Shown here: positions 59,389 to 64,000 of the stretch, one piece after another
How the letters are laid out: each line of letters starts with the position of its first letter
How positions within the stretch are numbered: the first letter of the stretch is position 1
From: Candidatus Yanofskybacteria bacterium CG10_big_fil_rev_8_21_14_0_10_46_23
GTDB lineage: Bacteria; Patescibacteriota; Minisyncoccia; 2-02-FULL-40-12; IGHO2-12-FULL-4
DNA length: 64,000 bases
Reading direction: 5' to 3'
Assembly: GCA_002771135.1 (NCBI GenBank)
Contig: PCXO01000005.1
Location: forward strand, 38,061 to 102,060
Program-made: the position numbers and the translations under genes
Notes under the pieces: generated by a model
Told to the model about the DNA's origin: nothing
Database searches by the model: none
The model's input: only the letters and a program-made list of their open reading frames with translations

Positions 59389-59739
59389 ATGAATAAGTTT
59401 AAGAAAGGTCGAAAATTCGGGAGAGTTAGGAACCAAAGAATTGCCCTGATCCGAAACTTGGCCGGTGATTTTATAATGCAAGAAAAAATTGAGACCAGCC
59501 TTGCCAAGGCTAAGAGCTTGCGACCTTTCGTGGAAAAATTAATTACTAAGGGAAAAATGCAAACCTTAGCCAACCGCAAACAATTAGCTACCCAGCTACC
59601 CGAAAAAGCCGCTAAAAAAGTCTACGACGACCTAGGCCAAAGATTTAAAGATCGAGCCGGGGGCTACACCCGAATCACAAAGTTACCCCCGCGACGAGGT
59701 GATGGTTCGGAACGAGCCATAATTGAATTCGTCTCCTAA
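59389..59739 (+). CDS. rplQ: 50S ribosomal protein L17
   Basis: RAGGYTRI, RRGDG. Confidence 0.95.
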   Translation: MNKFKKGRKFGRVRNQRIALIRNLAGDFIMQEKIETSLAKAKSLRPFVEKLITKGKMQTLANRKQLATQLPEKAAKKVYDDLGQRFKDRAGGYTRITKLPPRRGDGSERAIIEFVS

Positions 59740-59743
59740 GATT

Positions 59744-60085
59744 ATGAATGTGACTAACATTGACGCAACAAACCAAAGCTTTGGAAGGTTAGCCAGCCAG
59801 GTGGCCAAGATTTTAATTGGTAAAACTCGGCCGACCTATCAGCCCCACATAATGCCCAAAGAGCAGGTTGTCGTTGAGAATATCGACAAAATAAAATTTA
59901 CCGGAAATAAATTTACCTCCAAAAAATATTATCGCTATTCGGGTTATCATGGTGGGATTACCAAAGAAATCCTAGATGAAAAATGGTCTAAAAACTCTAG
60001 AAAAGTTCTGACCAAGACTATCTTCGATATGTTGCCCAAGAATAAACTCCGGAGCGAAATTATTAAAAACTTAATTATAAAATAA
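59744..60085 (+). CDS. rplM: 50S ribosomal protein L13
   Basis: IDA...GRLASQVA, YYRYSGY.GG, MLPKNKL. Confidence 0.93.
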   Translation: MNVTNIDATNQSFGRLASQVAKILIGKTRPTYQPHIMPKEQVVVENIDKIKFTGNKFTSKKYYRYSGYHGGITKEILDEKWSKNSRKVLTKTIFDMLPKNKLRSEIIKNLIIK

Positions 60086-60087
60086 AC

Positions 60088-60558
60088 ATGGCTGAAGAAA
60101 AGACAAAAACAAAAAAGGAGAAAGGGGCGACCCCCGAAGTCGATGAACAATACTATGAAGCTGTCGGCCGACGGAAGGAATCGGTGGCGCGAGTTCGAAT
60201 TATCACCCAAAAGGTCACTGACGCCCAAAAGGAGGGGCAGGCGCAAATAACGATAAACGGCAAGCCCCACACGGAATATATTCCCCAGGCGGAACTTCAG
60301 CAAATTGTAGAATCGCCTCTCCAAAGGCTCAAATCAATTGATCGATTTAAAGCCATCATTAAAGTCTCTGGCGGGGGAATCCGAGGACAGGCCGATGCGA
60401 TTAGGCACGGCATCTCTCGAGCCTTAGTTAAATTTGATGACAATTTTGGGAAGAAAATGCGCCGGGCCGGTTTTCTAACACGGGACTCTCGAATTAAAGA
60501 GCGGAAGAAATATGGCCTTAAAAAAGCTCGCCGAGCGCCGCAGTGGAGCAAGCGATAA
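60088..60558 (+). CDS. rpsI: 30S ribosomal protein S9
   Basis: GRRKESVARV, GGGIRGQA, ERKKYGLKKARRAPQWSKR. Confidence 0.96.
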   Translation: MAEEKTKTKKEKGATPEVDEQYYEAVGRRKESVARVRIITQKVTDAQKEGQAQITINGKPHTEYIPQAELQQIVESPLQRLKSIDRFKAIIKVSGGGIRGQADAIRHGISRALVKFDDNFGKKMRRAGFLTRDSRIKERKKYGLKKARRAPQWSKR

Positions 60559-60563
60559 GGCTT

Positions 60564-61496
60564 TTAGATTTCTAAGTAGATATATTTATCCGAGAATTTA
60601 ATCAGGAGGCGACCATCCGATTGAGACTTAATTTCGTCTATGTTGGCCTCAGTAAATACAGTATAAACATTCCGGTTACTTCGACCGTCAAGCTCTACGA
60701 AAAAAATATTGTTCCTGGCTTTCACAAAAAGATGGTCATCCGTCTTGAACCAATCAAGCGCGTCTATTTCCGAAGAGGTTTCCAAAATTATTTCTTCATC
60801 TCCAGCCAAGTGAATCGGCTGATAAGAAGTATCCTTCAACCAGATGACCCCTACCTGATCGGCGCTTCGCCAAGCAATTCGATCCCTTCGTTTATTGATA
60901 ACAAAATCATCCACGCCGGATTCCATAACTTCAAGATTGTCTCCGGTTAGTTTGTATAAAATGCCTCCCCGGGCGGTTTTAATCAGAACAATATCGACTC
61001 CCCCCAGACGCTCCACCTTCTTTACGGCCTTTGGCTCAACAGCCAAAGTTTGGCTAATCGTTTCAAAAGTCCCGGAATTTGGGTCAATGACCTCCGCTAA
61101 AGATTCCAACTCGTCCGAGACGGAAGCTATTTCAATCTTTGGAGTTTTTGTGACCAAATAAACCGAGGGAAAATTGGTTAATTCGCCGGCCCGAACCGTA
61201 GCCGTTTTCCCCCAGTCATAAAAACCATCCTTAGTTATTTTTATTTGATAATCCCGCGGACGTAAACGTCCCTTTTCAAAAACATCACTCAGCCCGGAGA
61301 GGGAGCTCTGAGTTTTATTGTCAAACAAAACTTTGCCGGAAGTTTGGGCACTGACTCGAATTGACCCGGTCTTAACAATCTTTCCCTCGGCGAAACTGTA
61401 AACATAGCCCTGAGCATATAGAGTAACGCCGATACTGATGAGGATAAAGGCCCCTAGAGACAAATAAAATAGGATGTTTCGACTTCTTTTCTCCAT
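60564..61496 (-). CDS. PEGA-domain membrane protein
   Basis: TM then YAQGY...KTGSI...L.P..Y.IKITKDGF..W. Confidence 0.7.
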   Translation of the reverse strand: MEKRSRNILFYLSLGAFILISIGVTLYAQGYVYSFAEGKIVKTGSIRVSAQTSGKVLFDNKTQSSLSGLSDVFEKGRLRPRDYQIKITKDGFYDWGKTATVRAGELTNFPSVYLVTKTPKIEIASVSDELESLAEVIDPNSGTFETISQTLAVEPKAVKKVERLGGVDIVLIKTARGGILYKLTGDNLEVMESGVDDFVINKRRDRIAWRSADQVGVIWLKDTSYQPIHLAGDEEIILETSSEIDALDWFKTDDHLFVKARNNIFFVELDGRSNRNVYTVFTEANIDEIKSQSDGRLLIKFSDKYIYLEI

Positions 61497-61606
61497 GACT
61501 TTATTATGCCATAAATTTATGCATATTTCAAATAAAGGCCTCTGGATATAATTTGATTCGTTAGGGTCGAAATGATAGGGTGGAGACGCAATAAGACCTC
61601 CAATTT

Positions 61607-62614
61607 ATGTTTAACCGAAAAATCGGCATTGATTTAGGGACGACCAACACTCTGGTTTTTTTACCTAATAAGGGTATCGTTATCCGCGAACCCTCCGCGG
61701 TTGCCATTTCTGTTTTGGATAATTCGATAATGGCCGTGGGGGATCAAGCCAAGGAGATGGTTGGTCGGACCCCGGACAGTATTATTGTTTCTCGACCCCT
61801 GAAAGAGGGCGTCATCGCTGATTATCGAGTAACCGAAGCAATGCTTCGCTACTTCATAAAAAAAGCCAGTAGCAGTTTTAACATTTTCAAACCCGAGGTC
61901 CTTGTCTCCATCCCGGCCGGGATTACCTCCACCGAAAGACGGGCCGTCATTGAAGCAACCATAAATGCCGGCGCTCGATCGGTCTATCTCGTTAAGGAGC
62001 CGGTCTTGGCAGCCATCGGGGCCGGGATATCAATCAACAGTCCTTCGGGCAACATGATTTTAAATATTGGGGGCGGGACAACGGAGATTGCCGTTGTCAG
62101 CCTCGGCGGGATTGTGACTTCGTCTTCGGCCAGAATCGGCGGGAATAGAATTGATCAAGCTATTGTTGATTATATTAAGAAGCATCATGGCCTCGCGATT
62201 GGGGATCGGACGGCCGAATTAATAAAGATCGCCATTGGGAGCGCCGTTAAACAAACACAGGAAGAACGAATAAATATCCGGGGGCGAGATTTAACCTCCG
62301 GCTATCCAAAGATTGTTGAAATTACCTCCAATGAAATAACCGAGGCGATTCAGGAGCAACTTCAGGAGATAATCCAGACCGTAAAAAATGTTCTTCAGGA
62401 CACCCCCCCCGAACTCTGCTCGGACATTATGGATAAGGGGATTATGATTTCCGGCGGGGGCGCCCTGATTAAAAATATCGACACCCTCGTCACTCGAGTT
62501 ACGGGCGTACCGGCCCAGATTGCCGATGAACCACTTCTTTGTGTCGCCAAGGGGACCGGAGTCGTCTTGGATAGCCTCGATGTCTATAAACGTAATATCG
62601 TCTCGAAAAAATAA
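61607..62614 (+). CDS. mreB: MreB/Mbl paralog
   Basis: IGIDLGTTNT, IGGGTTEIA, GGGAL. Confidence 0.92.
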   Translation: MFNRKIGIDLGTTNTLVFLPNKGIVIREPSAVAISVLDNSIMAVGDQAKEMVGRTPDSIIVSRPLKEGVIADYRVTEAMLRYFIKKASSSFNIFKPEVLVSIPAGITSTERRAVIEATINAGARSVYLVKEPVLAAIGAGISINSPSGNMILNIGGGTTEIAVVSLGGIVTSSSARIGGNRIDQAIVDYIKKHHGLAIGDRTAELIKIAIGSAVKQTQEERINIRGRDLTSGYPKIVEITSNEITEAIQEQLQEIIQTVKNVLQDTPPELCSDIMDKGIMISGGGALIKNIDTLVTRVTGVPAQIADEPLLCVAKGTGVVLDSLDVYKRNIVSKK

Positions 62615-62615
62615 T

Positions 62616-63716
62616 ATGGCCTCTAAGCTCAAAATTGCACTTGTCCATGACTGGCTAATGGCTCTGGGCGGAGCAGAAAAAACCCTGCGAGAAATGCATC
62701 GGTTATTTCCGGAAGCCCCGATTTTTACACTTTTTCGAAGTGAAAAATTTACCAACGCATTTCTCCCTCAAGCTAAAATAAAGACGACGTTCCTGCAAAA
62801 ATCAGTTCAGCGAGGGCGCCGTTACAGAACTCTTCTACCCCTAATGGGCACCGCGGTTGAATCAATTGATTTAAGCGGATATGACATTGTCATCTCTTCA
62901 AGCGCCTCCTTTACAAAGGGGGTCATTACCGACCCCCAGACAAAACACATTTGTTACTGCTACAGCCCGACTCGTTTTCTATGGGATTGGCACGCCGAAT
63001 ATAAGAGACAAAACCGTTACGGGTTGATTAGCGCGTTGGCCCAGCACACTATTCGGTTTTGGGACCAGCAGGCCGCTCAGCGACCCGACTACATGGTGGC
63101 CATCTCAAAAACTGTCCAAGCCAGAATAAAAAAATATTACCGACGAGATTCCGAGGTTATTTATCCTCCGGTTGATTTTATCCCGCCGACCCAAAATCAA
63201 CATCCGCAACAACAACCCTTCTATCTGATTGTCAGCCGCCTTTACGCTCACAAAAACATTGACATCGCGATTCAAGCTTTTAATAAACTTGGGCATAATT
63301 TGGTTATAATTGGTGATGGCCCGGAGCGCAAAAACCTGGAGAAGCAATCCGGAGCCAATATAACTTTTCTGGGCTTCCTTGATGACTCCGCCGTTCACGA
63401 TTATTATAGTAAGTGTTTAGCCTTTATCATGCCTCAAGAAGAAGATTTCGGTCTGACCCCGATCGAGGCCATGTTTCATGGCCGACCGGTCTTAGCCTTG
63501 AATCGGGGAGGCGCCAAAGAATATATCCTAGAGAATATTAACGGCGAGTTTTTCCAAAGCCCCACCCCGGAAGTTCTGGCCGATGGCGTTCGAAGACTCA
63601 GTGAAAATCTTGCCACTTATAGCCCCGAGCTGATCAAGAAAACAGCCAATCGCTTTACCGTAAAAAGGTTTCACTCTGAATTTAAGGCTTTGGTTGATAA
63701 AATTGCTCGTGAATAA
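62616..63716 (+). CDS. GT4 family glycosyltransferase
   Basis: KIALVHDWL..GGAE, EDFGLTPIEAM. Confidence 0.92.
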   Translation: MASKLKIALVHDWLMALGGAEKTLREMHRLFPEAPIFTLFRSEKFTNAFLPQAKIKTTFLQKSVQRGRRYRTLLPLMGTAVESIDLSGYDIVISSSASFTKGVITDPQTKHICYCYSPTRFLWDWHAEYKRQNRYGLISALAQHTIRFWDQQAAQRPDYMVAISKTVQARIKKYYRRDSEVIYPPVDFIPPTQNQHPQQQPFYLIVSRLYAHKNIDIAIQAFNKLGHNLVIIGDGPERKNLEKQSGANITFLGFLDDSAVHDYYSKCLAFIMPQEEDFGLTPIEAMFHGRPVLALNRGGAKEYILENINGEFFQSPTPEVLADGVRRLSENLATYSPELIKKTANRFTVKRFHSEFKALVDKIARE

Positions 63717-64000
63717 AATAAAATCGATTCAAAAAGTTGCCGTCATTGTTTTGCAATTCAATAACTCCGAAAGCACAAAAGCCTGTTTGGCTTCGATTCT
63801 TGAGAGTTTAATTCGACCCGATTTAATTATCGTCGTTGATAATGCCTCCAACCCCGAGCATCTGGGTAACCTGAAAAGTTTCATCTCGGATAAGCCGGAA
63901 ATTGAATTGATCGAGAGCTCGGGGAATAGTGGCTACTCGGGGGGCAACAATCTGGGCATAAAGAGAGCCCTGTCTCAAGGAGTCGAGGCTGTCTTTATTT
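63709..64000 (+). CDS. GT2 family glycosyltransferase (5' part, truncated by window edge)
   Basis: VAVIVLQFNN, CLASI, VVDNAS, GYSGGNNLG. Confidence 0.85.
   Translation, partial: MNKIKSIQKVAVIVLQFNNSESTKACLASILESLIRPDLIIVVDNASNPEHLGNLKSFISDKPEIELIESSGNSGYSGGNNLGIKRALSQGVEAVFI

Noticed and set aside
3658-63398. Numerous antisense or alternate-frame ORFs inside housekeeping genes (e.g. 6395-6808, 23681-24199, 34725-35180, 48557-49057, 62291-62755)
   Set aside because: Shadow ORFs fully overlapping well-supported genes, with no motifs or independent expression signals.

Overview
The window looks like a chromosome segment from a small-genome Patescibacteria/CPR (Parcubacteria-like) bacterium. 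This is inferred from the short DnaX and AlaS, RpoA lacking its C-terminal domain, two mreB paralogs, a baseplate-J-like membrane protein and a PEGA protein. The backbone is housekeeping: rseP end, proS, mreBCD-mrdA, greA, lysS, serS, dnaX, typA, mnmA, gpmI, rny, HU, alaS, infA-rpmJ-rpsMKD-rpoA-rplQ-rplM-rpsI and six tRNAs. The strongest candidate for an undescribed system is a retron-type reverse transcriptase (34437-35423, minus strand). It is preceded by a highly structured ~235-nt non-coding region with nested inverted repeats and an internal 15/16-nt direct repeat, and followed by an operon of a divergent HhH-GPD/[4Fe-4S] glycosylase-like gene and an orphan gene. Other notable signals are: small GIY-YIG nuclease genes with CTTCG..GGCTTCGG inverted repeats and duplicated tRNA ends (including an apparently empty derivative); a LexA-cytosine-methyltransferase fusion with a tandem 11-bp operator-like repeat next to Type III RM remnants; a 6S-like ~140-nt rod RNA upstream of proS; and self-contained orphan gene cassettes. 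All calls come from reading the sequence and motifs by eye; no database searches were run.
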